DNA of 64,000 nucleotides from Candidatus Latescibacterota bacterium (GTDB lineage Bacteria > Latescibacterota > UBA2968 > UBA8231). The notes under the pieces were generated by a model. That model was not told the DNA's origin. It saw nothing but the letters and a program-made list of their open reading frames with translations, and ran no database searches. The stretch lies in the NCBI GenBank assembly GCA_965248265.1, contig CBDFJF010000002.1, forward strand, positions 2,464,001 through 2,528,000, written 5' to 3'. Shown here piece after piece: positions 30,050 to 40,150 of the stretch (the stretch's first letter is position 1; every line of letters begins with the position of its first letter). The position numbers and the translations under genes are program-made.

Positions 30050-33000
30050 AGCTCGAATTTCAGCCCGAAGCGGAGCTGCCGCGGTTCGCCATAGAGATCG
30101 CCACCCTCGGTGAACCAGTAGTGCTGGCGATTGATCAGATTGATCTGCTCATAGAGCTGTTGGTACTGCTCGCCACCGCTGGCCTCCGAGATTTTCCCAC
30201 TCAACTCCGGATCGGAGAGGAAGCCGTCGTCCTGAGCATTGCCGGTGCGCGGGTAGACGTTGATGACATTGCGGCGGTTGAACAGGTTCTGAACGTAGAC
30301 GAAGGCCCAGGCCTGATGCCCATGGAGGGGAAACGCCTTATCAACCCGTAAATCCGCGGAGAAGGTCCATGGCGTAGTCGAGCTGTTGATCGGTTCGAGA
30401 GGCACGCGGGCGCGCGGGTCGTCGCTGGAGAGGATGGCGCCCAGTTCTGGACCGCGCTGGCCGACCGAGCCGGTGGCCAATGTGAAGTTGTGGCCGCTGG
30501 TGAAGCGCAGCAGCAGGTTGAAGCCCATGCGCTCGAGCACGAAACCGCCATCGCCCGCGTCGAAGCGGTAATCCAGGTTGGCATTGCCCCGATGGGTCTG
30601 GTTGAAGTCGAGGGGCGAGACCACGGTTGGAAGATTGGCGCTATTCTCGATACCGGCGATGCCGGAGTTGATGGTGGAGCCGGTGCCGCGGGCGTCGGAA
30701 AGGGTGTAGTTGAACTGGGCCTGCAGGCGCCGAATCCGCCTGAGTCTGAACACCAGTTCCAGCCCCTTGGTGGTGGCGAAGTCGCCGTTGGCCAGATAGT
30801 TGTAGGCAGCAGCGTCGACGGCGTTCTGGGTCACTTCCTGTCGACGCACCTGCAACTGGCCTTTGACGTCCCGGTAGAAACCGCTCAAGTCGAAGGAGGC
30901 GGTTTTGGCAAACTGATGGCCGAGACCGATTTCGTACTGGGTAGTCCGGATGGGTTCGACATCGAAGGCAGTCGGAAACGGGATGTAGTTGCCGCCGCCC
31001 ACTTCCAGCGCGAGGGCGGCGCCGCCCGTGAACATGTCGCGCAACTTCGGCATCTGGGCAAAGCGTCCGTACTGCACGTGAAACACGGTGCGGTCGGACA
31101 CCGGAAAGGACAGGCCCAGGCGCGGGCTGAATTCGGTGAAGGTGCGTGTCGGGCGCATGGAGGCCAGCTGGATGGTGGTCTCTTTCGCCAGGCGGATGGG
31201 TGCGGCCGGATCGATGAAACGGAAGCTGTCGACGTCGAAGTAGTCCCAGCGCAGGCCGGCGTTGAGGATCAGATCGCGGTACTCAATTTTGTCCTGCACA
31301 TACGCAGCCGCCAGAATGGGATGCCGCGGAGCTTCCAGGCCTTCGCCCTCGCCACGGCGACCGAACTCGTCAAAACCGTAGAAGTCGGCCTGGCTGTTCT
31401 GGCGGATGAGATTCTCGAAGTCTTCCAGGTCCTCGCCATCCGGTGCAGCCGAGGCAGCAGCCAACAATTCATCCATGATGGCGTCCTGGCCGATGTCGCC
31501 ATCGTAGTAGCGCTGGTACACCGCTTCCAAGTTAGGGTAGGTGCTCTGGATGGTGGAGCGGATGGAGTTGAGTACCACCAGATAGCGCCGTGAGGTCCAA
31601 CGCTGATAGTCGAAGCCGAGCTTGAGCTGATGGACTCGGGTCTGTTTGGTGATGCTGGCGGCCAGGCCACGGTAGGCGTCCTCTTCGACCGAGTAAAAAC
31701 TCGCGCGCTCGGAGCCGTTGCCGAAGGAGGTAGGCGTACCGGGTCGGGCAAAGGGGAAGCCGAAAAAATCGTAGGGCCGGGGGGCTGTCCCCTGGCTGGA
31801 ATAGGAAGTGAGGGCGTCACTGAGCTCGGCCACAGCCGTGCTATCATTGTATAGGAGAAAATTGTCCTCGAAAGCCGGGTCGAAGAAGCTGCGGTCCTGG
31901 TTGTAGAGGCTCAGGTCCACCTGGTAGAACAGGGAAGGATCGAGAAAGTGGGTAGCACGCAGGTGGAGGAGGCCGGAAGTGCGCTGGGCCTCGGGTTGGC
32001 GCTCCAGGTTGAGCATGTTGCGTACCGGCGCCTGGTTGAGTTCGAGGTCGTCGACGGAATGGAGTGCTGCCAGGCGCACCTGGAACGGACTGTAGTCGAA
32101 CAACAGCGTCCCGTTGAAATCGTAGGCTCCGCGTCCGGTGTGGTCGATATTGCCGGGTCGCATGAGCAGAGCACTGACGGTGTCGGGGGTAACGGAGTTG
32201 CTCCAATGGACACGGCCCCCCCGGTCCCCCGAATCGATCAGGTCAGAGAAGGCAAAGCCGTCCCAAAAGACCGCACGCGAATCGCGCGCCCGGTGCTGGA
32301 GCGCGGCGAAGACGCGAACTGCCGGGTTCACGGGACCACCCAGGGTGACGACCTGGTTGCTGTGGCCGTATGAATAGGTGTCGAAGCGCTGTCGGTAGCG
32401 TGACGTGAAGCGGTCTGTCTCCGTGAGGAAGGCGATTTTCCACTCGGGGCCGCCGGTGCGCAGTTCCTGCAGAACAAGGCCACCGTTGGCTCCGCCATAC
32501 TCGGCGTTGAAGCCGCCGGCCTGCAGTTGAATCTCTTGGACGGCCTCGCTGATGAGGGTGACAGCGCTGGCGCCAGTCACCGGATTGCGCACGCTGGCGC
32601 CCTCGACGTAATAACCGACTTCGTCGCTACGCGAGCCGCGCACGTGGAACCGACCCTCGTTCTCTACAACACCGGCCTGCAGGGCGAGGACATCGGCTAC
32701 ACTGCGCAATGGCAGGTTTACCAGATCCTCGCCGCCGACGATGCGCACGGCATTGGTCGCGTTCTTGTCGACCATAGGGCGAGCGGCCGGAACAACGACG
32801 CCTTTTATCTGAATGCTGGCCGGGGTGGGTTTCAGCTCGACCGTGGTGGTCAGATCGGCTGAGACGTACACGTCTTTCAACGTGTAGGGTGCGAAGCCGA
32901 CATGGGTGGCCTGCAGGGTGTAGGTACCGGGGGGAAGGTTGAGGATGAAGAAATGGCCTTCCTCATCGGTGGTGGCTCCCAGACGGCTGTCGATCACCGT

Positions 33001-33150
33001 AACGTTGGCGCGGGGCACCGGTTTGGAGCTTGCGGCGTCTACGACAGTGCCGGCAATCTTACCGGTGCTGCCTGCGGCGGGAGTAGCGAAAAAACCAGGG
33101 AGTACAGCCAGAGCCAGGAGCGCTCCGAAGCGACGGATCTCGGGTATCAA
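30046..33150 (-). CDS. TonB-dependent receptor
   Basis: N-terminal CarboxypepD_reg-like domain (TGKIAGTVVD), plug (HVRGSRSDE...GGFNAEYG), FSPRLG and C-terminal PRQLRFGLKFEL. Confidence 0.93.
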   Translation of the reverse strand: MIPEIRRFGALLALAVLPGFFATPAAGSTGKIAGTVVDAASSKPVPRANVTVIDSRLGATTDEEGHFFILNLPPGTYTLQATHVGFAPYTLKDVYVSADLTTTVELKPTPASIQIKGVVVPAARPMVDKNATNAVRIVGGEDLVNLPLRSVADVLALQAGVVENEGRFHVRGSRSDEVGYYVEGASVRNPVTGASAVTLISEAVQEIQLQAGGFNAEYGGANGGLVLQELRTGGPEWKIAFLTETDRFTSRYRQRFDTYSYGHSNQVVTLGGPVNPAVRVFAALQHRARDSRAVFWDGFAFSDLIDSGDRGGRVHWSNSVTPDTVSALLMRPGNIDHTGRGAYDFNGTLLFDYSPFQVRLAALHSVDDLELNQAPVRNMLNLERQPEAQRTSGLLHLRATHFLDPSLFYQVDLSLYNQDRSFFDPAFEDNFLLYNDSTAVAELSDALTSYSSQGTAPRPYDFFGFPFARPGTPTSFGNGSERASFYSVEEDAYRGLAASITKQTRVHQLKLGFDYQRWTSRRYLVVLNSIRSTIQSTYPNLEAVYQRYYDGDIGQDAIMDELLAAASAAPDGEDLEDFENLIRQNSQADFYGFDEFGRRGEGEGLEAPRHPILAAAYVQDKIEYRDLILNAGLRWDYFDVDSFRFIDPAAPIRLAKETTIQLASMRPTRTFTEFSPRLGLSFPVSDRTVFHVQYGRFAQMPKLRDMFTGGAALALEVGGGNYIPFPTAFDVEPIRTTQYEIGLGHQFAKTASFDLSGFYRDVKGQLQVRRQEVTQNAVDAAAYNYLANGDFATTKGLELVFRLRRIRRLQAQFNYTLSDARGTGSTINSGIAGIENSANLPTVVSPLDFNQTHRGNANLDYRFDAGDGGFVLERMGFNLLLRFTSGHNFTLATGSVGQRGPELGAILSSDDPRARVPLEPINSSTTPWTFSADLRVDKAFPLHGHQAWAFVYVQNLFNRRNVINVYPRTGNAQDDGFLSDPELSGKISEASGGEQYQQLYEQINLINRQHYWFTEGGDLYGEPRQLRFGLKFEL

Positions 33151-33301
33151 GTTGATTTCGTTGGCACGAGGTTGGGGCGTGGTTAATTTTCCGGAGATGG
33201 CGGGTCAGTCCATGAGCATGGGTGCGTGGTGATAAAGTATCTCACGCAATCGCGTTTTACCAATGTACGGGGCGTTTGTATAGAATCATGAGTACAGAAT
33301 C

Positions 33302-34204
33302 ATGACAACGAGAGATCATCGGATGGTACGGAGGCTTTTCACCCTGGGAGTGCTGTGTGTGCTGGGCGCATGTGGTGGCGACAGCAGTCCAACCGGTGGT
33401 GGAGGCGATCCGGCCGGCAATGGCGACAATCCCGGTAACGGGGAAGACAACCCCGGTAGGGACCGGGTGGAAAACACGGAACCGATCTTCAAGGAGAGCA
33501 GGAGCACGCTCGAGGTCGTGTCAGTCGACACTCCGGACACCCTGCTTTCGGGCAGTCAGCCGGTGTTGTTCTCGGTGACCGTACAGGATTCCGACCAGTT
33601 TGTCGATCCGATCGATGTCGTCATGCGCCTGAGCCGGGGTGATTCGGTTTGGACCTTGTCGCGGCAAGAGTCAGTCGACGCCAACACAGCATTGTTCGGA
33701 GCGATGTTCGACTCGACGCTGGCAGTGGGGCTTGCCGGCGATCAGACGCTGCAGTTTCAGGCCGTGGATGCCGATGCCGGTGGGTCGAAGATGGTGACGA
33801 AGGAGATTTTCCTAGAGAACGAGCCGCCCATCATGTTCGATCCCGAGACACCGACGCGGATGGAGCGACGAACCGGCGAGTTCCTATATGTGCGCCTTTC
33901 GGTTTCAGACCCTCAGGGTGCCGCCGACATCGATTCCGTCTACTTCAAGTTCCACAAGCCTGACGGCAGCTTCGGGGGGGCTTCCGTGAAGGACGGTGGC
34001 TTCCATTACCTTCTCGTCGACAACGGTAGTGAGTTTTACCGGGATGCGGAGAAGGGGGACGGGCGCTTCGCGTTCGCTTTCGATATCCCCGACGAGGATG
34101 CGCAGCTGGGATCGTACACCTTCCTGTTTTTCTCGCGCGACAAGGCCGGTAATCTGGGAGACATTATCACAACCGACTTCGAGCTGGTACCCCTGGAGCG
34201 ATAG
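33302..34204 (+). CDS. Lipoprotein with Ig-like domains (choice-of-anchor X-like motif)
   Basis: Lipobox LGAC, G/D/N-rich linker, LVDNG...DAEKGDGRF and DKAGN. Confidence 0.7.
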   Translation: MTTRDHRMVRRLFTLGVLCVLGACGGDSSPTGGGGDPAGNGDNPGNGEDNPGRDRVENTEPIFKESRSTLEVVSVDTPDTLLSGSQPVLFSVTVQDSDQFVDPIDVVMRLSRGDSVWTLSRQESVDANTALFGAMFDSTLAVGLAGDQTLQFQAVDADAGGSKMVTKEIFLENEPPIMFDPETPTRMERRTGEFLYVRLSVSDPQGAADIDSVYFKFHKPDGSFGGASVKDGGFHYLLVDNGSEFYRDAEKGDGRFAFAFDIPDEDAQLGSYTFLFFSRDKAGNLGDIITTDFELVPLER

Positions 34205-34260
34205 ATCACCATCACCGTCTGCTGATTACTCAATCCTCCACAGAATTGGTCCTCGTGATC

Positions 34261-34992
34261 CTATTCGGGTGTCAATTCCATGAACAGTGTAACGCCAATC
34301 TCAAGATACTTGTCGCGTTCCTCTGGCTTGGTCGGTGTACCCATGGCCAGGCGGATGTCGGTGTCCGCTAGCTGTTCAGCGACGTTGCGCATGCAGTCCT
34401 CGACGGTCTGCAGCGGATACCCGGGGTGACCATCGATGTTGAACATGAGATCGTTGGGTCCGAAGGTGACGACGCTGACCCCCGGTTTCGCCAGTTTGCG
34501 AATATTGGTCACCGCCTCAACTGATTCGATCTGGAGTGCCAGGATCACGTAGTCATTCCACCACTTCGCGTAGGTGAGCCGATCCATGCCAATGGTGCTC
34601 AACCCCCGTCGGAAGGTCCCGCCCCAGCTGCGTCTTCCGATGGGGCCGTAGTAGGCGAAGGCGATGGCGTCATCGACGGTTTCCGGTTCCATGACTTCGG
34701 GGATCAGCACGGCGCTGGGTCCAAAGTCCAGGAAGCGCCCTACCAGGTAGGCATGCCGGGTGTGGGGGATGCGCAGTTGTACATCGATGCCCAATTCCTC
34801 GGCCGCGGCGCAGTATTCGACCAGCTGATGTTCGGTGAAGGGGCTATGTTGACCATCGATCCAGATGTAGTCGTACCTGTCTGTCGACCAAATATCCTCC
34901 AACTGACTCTTGCTCGTTGCCAGGGAGCCGCGCAGGGCAACCAATGTTTCTCCCGCTTTCATGCGTTGTCTGAGTGTTTTTCCTTGAGACAC
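34261..34992 (-). CDS. HpcH/HpaI aldolase family protein
   Basis: WIDGQH, YGPIGRRSWG, LQIES and FGPNDL. Confidence 0.88.
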   Translation of the reverse strand: MSQGKTLRQRMKAGETLVALRGSLATSKSQLEDIWSTDRYDYIWIDGQHSPFTEHQLVEYCAAAEELGIDVQLRIPHTRHAYLVGRFLDFGPSAVLIPEVMEPETVDDAIAFAYYGPIGRRSWGGTFRRGLSTIGMDRLTYAKWWNDYVILALQIESVEAVTNIRKLAKPGVSVVTFGPNDLMFNIDGHPGYPLQTVEDCMRNVAEQLADTDIRLAMGTPTKPEERDKYLEIGVTLFMELTPE

Positions 34993-35203
34993 GATTCGCT
35001 CCGATCCAGTTTGGTAGAATGGCTCAATTCAGGCTATTGGACGTACTCTGCCATTGAGGATAATGCCCATAATCGGCAGTCTGTCAACCAGCTCGCAAAC
35101 GCAGCGCGCGGCCAGATTGGCCGCTCAGGACCACGGAAAGTATATTGCCACGGGTGCTCTCAAGATTGCTCTACAACCAGCCTGTGACAGGAGAACGTGT
35201 GTG

Positions 35204-35845
35204 ATGAGCTCAGATGACAAGAAACCGACCGTGACGCCGATGCCGAACGGTCCATACGTCGTCAAGGATCTGCCGGCGCTTGCCAATCAGAAAGGGCCGA
35301 TCGAGATGGCCAAATCGACGATCGCTCTGTGTCGCTGCGGCAAGTCGGCGACGAAGCCGTTCTGCGATGGTGCTCACGCAACGTCCGGTTTTTCGTCCGA
35401 CAAGGAGGATGGTCGGAGAGAAGACGCCGTCGATCGCTACAAGGGTGAGGGCGTCGTCATCGAAGACAATCGAGGTGTTTGCGCCCACGCTACCCGCTGT
35501 ACGGACGGCTTGCCAGCCGTCTTCAAATACGGCCAGGAACCGTGGATCGATCCAACGGGTGCGACGAAGGAGGAGATCGCCGAAGTCGTCAACCGATGCC
35601 CTTCCGGTGCTCTGCGGCTCATCGTCGGTGACAGCGTCGACGAGTCAAGAGAAGAGGTAGGCGACCCCGCTGTCTTTGTGGCGCCGAATGGTCCCTACGT
35701 TGTCACCGGCGCCGAACTCAATGATGCCGAGCTGGGCAAGGGGGCGACGCAGAGAAAGCTCACCCTGTGTCGTTGCGGTCAATCGAAGAACAAGCCGTTC
35801 TGTGACGGGTCTCACTGGGACGGTTTCGTCGACGATGAGAATTGA
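35204..35845 (+). CDS. CDGSH iron-sulfur protein (CDGSH - divergent 4Fe-4S - CDGSH)
   Basis: LCRCGKSATKPFCDGAH, CAHATRC...CPSGAL and LCRCGQSKNKPFCDGSH. Confidence 0.92.
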   Translation: MSSDDKKPTVTPMPNGPYVVKDLPALANQKGPIEMAKSTIALCRCGKSATKPFCDGAHATSGFSSDKEDGRREDAVDRYKGEGVVIEDNRGVCAHATRCTDGLPAVFKYGQEPWIDPTGATKEEIAEVVNRCPSGALRLIVGDSVDESREEVGDPAVFVAPNGPYVVTGAELNDAELGKGATQRKLTLCRCGQSKNKPFCDGSHWDGFVDDEN

Positions 35846-35951
35846 CCAGGCATGATGAGTCAACCCACTGTTTTGATCATGGGAGCGGCCGGATTGTTCT
35901 GAGGTATCCTGCGATCATACTGAGGCGACCGATGTAATTTCGGCGTGGAGA

Positions 35952-36965
35952 TCAGCCGGTGACGGCGCTGGCGATGCGCCAGTTTCCATCCTTGTCGCAG
36001 GCGGCGTAGTAGACGCGGTGGGATCCATCGTCGAGCCGGATGAACGACATATCTTCGGCATGGACGGCGTCGATGCCTTCCGTGCCCAATCCATTCCCTT
36101 CGATCACACATCCATCCCGTTCCCATTCCAGACCGTCAGATGAGTGAGCGGCAAAAATGCGCGAGCGAAAACCAGCCAGATCGACGGCTATCGAGGCGGC
36201 AGCAAAATCTTCGCTGAGGCCTTTCTCCACGGCATCGGGATCGGAGCTTGGGTGGGGGGGAATGACGGCACCCGGTGGGGCATCCTGCCATGCGGAGTAC
36301 AGCATGAGCCAGGGTTGGCCCGCCGCTGAGGGTGGAAGGACATCGGCAGCGGTGATTCCCTGGGCTTCGATTTGCGACGCGCCATCCTTCATCCTGTACC
36401 CCGGCTCGAATTCGAAATGCAGGCCGTCAGTCGAGACAGCGCTGATCACGCCCTTGGCAGTCGGTTCCGTCGCGAAGCAATAGAGCCTTCCGTTCACGCC
36501 ATCGGGAAGCGTTACGTATCGCGGGCCGCCGATACCCTGGAAACCCTGAAGTCGAATCCCTTCCTCCAGTTCCCATGCAAGCATGTCGGACGAAACCGCA
36601 CTGGCGATGACGGTGGGAAGGTTGGCCGGACCGCGTGATTCGAAGTACATACGCCAGCGTCCATCCGAGAGCTGGGTCACGGTCGGTGCCAGGTATCGCA
36701 GGCTGCCGTGCTCGATGGCGGGGTCGGGTGCCAGACGAATACCCGGGTCCACCTCGAAGCGCACTCCATCATCGGATACCGCACTGAGGATATAGCCTTG
36801 ACACGTCGGAAACGGCTTGCCGGGCCCTACCGCCGTGTAGTAGAGGCGATAGCCGCCGCCGGGCAGCGCGACGATTCCGGGGGCCTGAACCTTCGACTGA
36901 TCGAGATCCCGGGATCCTTCCACCCGGGGGCCGGCCTCTTTTTCCCACTTCAATGAATCGACCAA
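35952..36965 (-). CDS. Beta-propeller protein (glycosidase-like)
   Basis: Repeated YRLYY/WRMYF strands and SAVSxDG motifs. Confidence 0.65.
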   Translation of the reverse strand: MVDSLKWEKEAGPRVEGSRDLDQSKVQAPGIVALPGGGYRLYYTAVGPGKPFPTCQGYILSAVSDDGVRFEVDPGIRLAPDPAIEHGSLRYLAPTVTQLSDGRWRMYFESRGPANLPTVIASAVSSDMLAWELEEGIRLQGFQGIGGPRYVTLPDGVNGRLYCFATEPTAKGVISAVSTDGLHFEFEPGYRMKDGASQIEAQGITAADVLPPSAAGQPWLMLYSAWQDAPPGAVIPPHPSSDPDAVEKGLSEDFAAASIAVDLAGFRSRIFAAHSSDGLEWERDGCVIEGNGLGTEGIDAVHAEDMSFIRLDDGSHRVYYAACDKDGNWRIASAVTG

Positions 36966-36989
36966 TTCACTTCTCCTGTCTCTGTGAAA

Positions 36990-38552
36990 TCACATGGTCC
37001 TGGCTTTGTACTCACTCTCAGTCAATGTCATCGGCACGACCACGGTGAAGGTCGTGCCCTTTCCGACCTCGCTTTCGACCAGAATGTTGCCCTGGTGGGT
37101 CTGGAGAATCTGGTAGCAGATCGACAGGCCCAGTCCGGTACCCACCCCGACACCTTTGGTGGTGTACCCGGGGTCGAAAATCTTCTGCAGGGATTCTGGC
37201 GGTATGCCCAGGCCGGTATCCGTTATCTGGATGTGGGCGTCGTCGCCTTGCCGAAAGGTCGTGATCGTAATCGTACCTTCCTGCTCGATGGCCTGCGCCG
37301 CATTGATGAGCAGGTTGAGGTACACCTGATTGAGTTGCCTTGGGTTGCATGAGATCAGTGGCAGGTCGCCGTAATGGCGTTCAATCACGGCCTTGTTCTT
37401 CAACTCATGTTGGACCAGCAGCAGGGTATCCTCGATGCCTTCGTGAATGTCGATGGTCTCGAATTCCGCTTCATCCAACCTGGCAAAGCTGCGCAGGCGC
37501 TGCACGATGTCGTTGACTCGCGCTGTCCCCGAAGTGATCACTCGATTGGCGTCTTCGATGACTTTGAACACCCGAGCCGTCCTTCCGCCTTGCTCTGGGT
37601 TCGCGGAGGCATCATCGTCCACCATTGTTTTCAGTTTGTCTATAGCCCGCACCAGGGTATCGTAGGTGCTGCTGATGGCACCGACCGGGGTGTTGATCTC
37701 GTGGGCCACGCCGGCGACGAGCATGCCGAGGGATGCCATCTTCTCGGATTGCAACAGCTGGGCATTGGCCTGAGTAAGTTCGCTGGTGCGCTGTTGCACC
37801 TGCTCTTCGAGATGCCGCTCGTTCTCGCGCAAAGCCTCCTCGGCGCTGTCCCGCTCCATCTCCCGGTCCTGCAGTTGCTGCAGCATGTCGTTGAAGCCGT
37901 CGTACAGCGCTCCGATTTCATCATTTCCGGATTTCTGCACCCTGAGGGAATAGGCGTTGTCGACGGTGATGCGCTCGACGACGCCGGCCAGATGCTGAAT
38001 GGGACCTGAGATCGCGCGTTGGAAGCGCACAGCCAGGAGAACGGACACGACGATCAGACCCAACATCACGGTAGCCATGTGCAACACGTTGCTGACGATC
38101 TTCTCGTGCAATGAATCGGTGGATGCCTGTAGATGGATGACGCCGTAGTGATCGCCCTCGTAGATGATCGGCTCGTGGATGTAAAGGAGATCCCGGGTGA
38201 ACTGGCTGCTGGCCCCGCGCCTGCGGTGGATGTCGGGTACTGTCTCGGGATCGAGGGCCGCGAACAGATCGCCATCGGCGTCATAGACGGCGGCATTGGT
38301 GATCGAGGGAATCGCGTCCAGTCGGGTCAGCATGCCGGCGGCACCTTCGCTGTCCTCGAATGCGAGCGGGGTCACGCAGTAGTCGCCGATGCCGCGTGCA
38401 GTGGTCGTGGTGCGATCGACCATGTCCTGCTTGACGGAGGTGATGTCGGCGATGATGACGAGAGTGAAACCGCACGCCAATGCGATAGTCGTCACCGCCA
38501 CCATGGTGACGATCAGTTTGCCTCGGATGGAGAGGTCTCGGAAAGCCTTCAC
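36990..38552 (-). CDS. Membrane sensor histidine kinase (periplasmic sensor, HAMP)
   Basis: Two transmembrane segments, HAMP (NDEIGAL), H-box AHEINTP, N-box NLLINAAQA and G-box GTGLGL. Confidence 0.93.
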   Translation of the reverse strand: MKAFRDLSIRGKLIVTMVAVTTIALACGFTLVIIADITSVKQDMVDRTTTTARGIGDYCVTPLAFEDSEGAAGMLTRLDAIPSITNAAVYDADGDLFAALDPETVPDIHRRRGASSQFTRDLLYIHEPIIYEGDHYGVIHLQASTDSLHEKIVSNVLHMATVMLGLIVVSVLLAVRFQRAISGPIQHLAGVVERITVDNAYSLRVQKSGNDEIGALYDGFNDMLQQLQDREMERDSAEEALRENERHLEEQVQQRTSELTQANAQLLQSEKMASLGMLVAGVAHEINTPVGAISSTYDTLVRAIDKLKTMVDDDASANPEQGGRTARVFKVIEDANRVITSGTARVNDIVQRLRSFARLDEAEFETIDIHEGIEDTLLLVQHELKNKAVIERHYGDLPLISCNPRQLNQVYLNLLINAAQAIEQEGTITITTFRQGDDAHIQITDTGLGIPPESLQKIFDPGYTTKGVGVGTGLGLSICYQILQTHQGNILVESEVGKGTTFTVVVPMTLTESEYKARTM

Positions 38553-38557
38553 CGTCG

Positions 38558-39094
38558 CTATCTCACGGGGTTCACGATGCGCGCCAGGTTCAGCAGCATG
38601 TAGGAGAAGGTCAATCCTGACGTGTGCACGGCACTCTCATTGATCTCGAATTTCACCTTGCCGCTGTCTTTGTAAAGGTTGATGAGGACGCTGCGTGCAG
38701 CGAATCCGTCGGTATCAGAGACGGTCAGTATCGGCCGTCCGCGGGTGCGCGCGATGATGTCGGGTAGTTGGTCCGCGGCCGATTGAGCGATGAACAGGAG
38801 ATGACACTCAGTGATCTCATTCAGGGTGGTGAGGTAGCGAATGTCGACCGGTTTATCCTTTACCTTCCGCTCCGCGTAGATCTGTTCGAGCACGGTACCG
38901 AATGGACTGTCACCTATGACACCGATGACGAAGGTAGAGGAGGTGTCACCAACTGCCTGTGCTGGCCACTGGACGAAATGGGTAAACTTGTCCAGGAACA
39001 CGGCCTTCATCCGGTATTCCCGGTCCTGCCCCACGGCGTGGGCAGAGAGCGCCAGTATTGCGACCAGAATCAACCGGGTAGTGCGAATGTTCAT
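38558..39094 (-). CDS. yfiR: YfiR family (DUF4154) periplasmic protein
   Basis: EYRMKAVFLDKFTHFVQWP, CHLLFI, ILTVSD, KVKFEIN and LLNLARIV. Confidence 0.85.
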   Translation of the reverse strand: MNIRTTRLILVAILALSAHAVGQDREYRMKAVFLDKFTHFVQWPAQAVGDTSSTFVIGVIGDSPFGTVLEQIYAERKVKDKPVDIRYLTTLNEITECHLLFIAQSAADQLPDIIARTRGRPILTVSDTDGFAARSVLINLYKDSGKVKFEINESAVHTSGLTFSYMLLNLARIVNPVR

Positions 39095-39176
39095 GGGACA
39101 GCCCGCGATGTGAGGACGATACCAACTTCCACAGTTAATATATCCTACTGGGTCTCGTCCATGAGGCCACCGCCGG

Positions 39177-39748
39177 CTATACCTGGGTCGGCGCCATGTC
39201 CCAGGCTTCGAGTGATCGGATCGTGACGCCACCACGCTCTGTTCCCAGCGAAACTTGCGTGCTGTCAGACCGGGTCGGGTAGATTCGCTGGGTGATGCAT
39301 TGACGACCGTTGGCGAAGACTTCCAGGATGGAGCGATCGAGGAAGAGGCGCAGCTCCAGTCTTTCTCCCTCGCTCAGTTGAAAGGGCGCCACCTGGGTAT
39401 GCACGAGTCTTTCGTGTTCGGGGAGCAGCTCGACCTGCTTGGCGTTGCGGTAGTAGGGGTAGGTGATGCTCGAGTCGAGGGATGATCTGCTGATGTCGAT
39501 GGCGAGGGTGCCTCCGCCGCCGTCGTAGATGACGCCCGTGCTCTCGGCCTCATCAGGGGATTGGCGCAGGTACACGCTGACTTGCTGCCCCGGATCATCG
39601 AGTTCGATTTCGATGCCAAGTTCAAGCGCATCACCGCTGATATCGGGTAGCGACATCGAGGCTGCGCTCTCAACGCGTGTGCCAGCCGGCAACGAACGCG
39701 GGTTGAGGCGCAAGGCTTCCAGTTCTGCTGCTGCCGCGGGTACGCAGG
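39177..39748 (-). pseudogene. C-terminal beta-sandwich fragment of a GH32 glycosidase
   Basis: ELEALR...LRLFLDRSILEVFANGRQCITQRIYP. The catalytic propeller is absent and there is an in-frame stop just upstream. Confidence 0.75.
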
Positions 39749-39900
39749 ATCAACATGAGCGCAGGCTGGAATGAGTAGCCGACCTCCGCGGCGTATATCC
39801 ACTCGTCCGCGAAGCCGTCCGTGTGGTTGTCGATCCCAAAGTCGGCGCTCAGATAGGCCGGATGCCGCGAATGGCCCCATTGCAGTACCAACCGCTCTGA
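39745..39900 (-). pseudogene. Fragment of an unrelated beta-barrel-like gene abutting the GH32 tail
   Basis: LVLQWGHSRHPAYLSADFGIDNHTDGFADEWIYAAEVGYSF, an alternating hydrophobic strand pattern. Confidence 0.4.
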
Positions 39901-40150
39901 TTGAACTCGCCATTTCAGGCTCATTCTCTTCTTCATCGTGCTCTCTCGAGAAGAATCAGGTTCAAAGCGCGCCGTGATTTGACCGCGATATGATAATAAT
40001 AACAAAGCCGTTTTCGCCTCACCAGACTGGTCAATGGGTGTAAGCCAGGGTGCGTACCTGAGCGGCGAGTCGGGCTGTTTCCTATCTTCTGTCGGTTGCT
40101 GGATGTTGCCACAACCCAGACCGAATCATCAACTCTACAGGAGATCAGCT

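Noticed and set aside
30490-31593. Long antisense ORFs (also 24619-25701, 57373-58377, 13609-14658)
   Set aside because: Shadows of well-supported genes on the opposite strand in GC-rich DNA; no motifs of their own.
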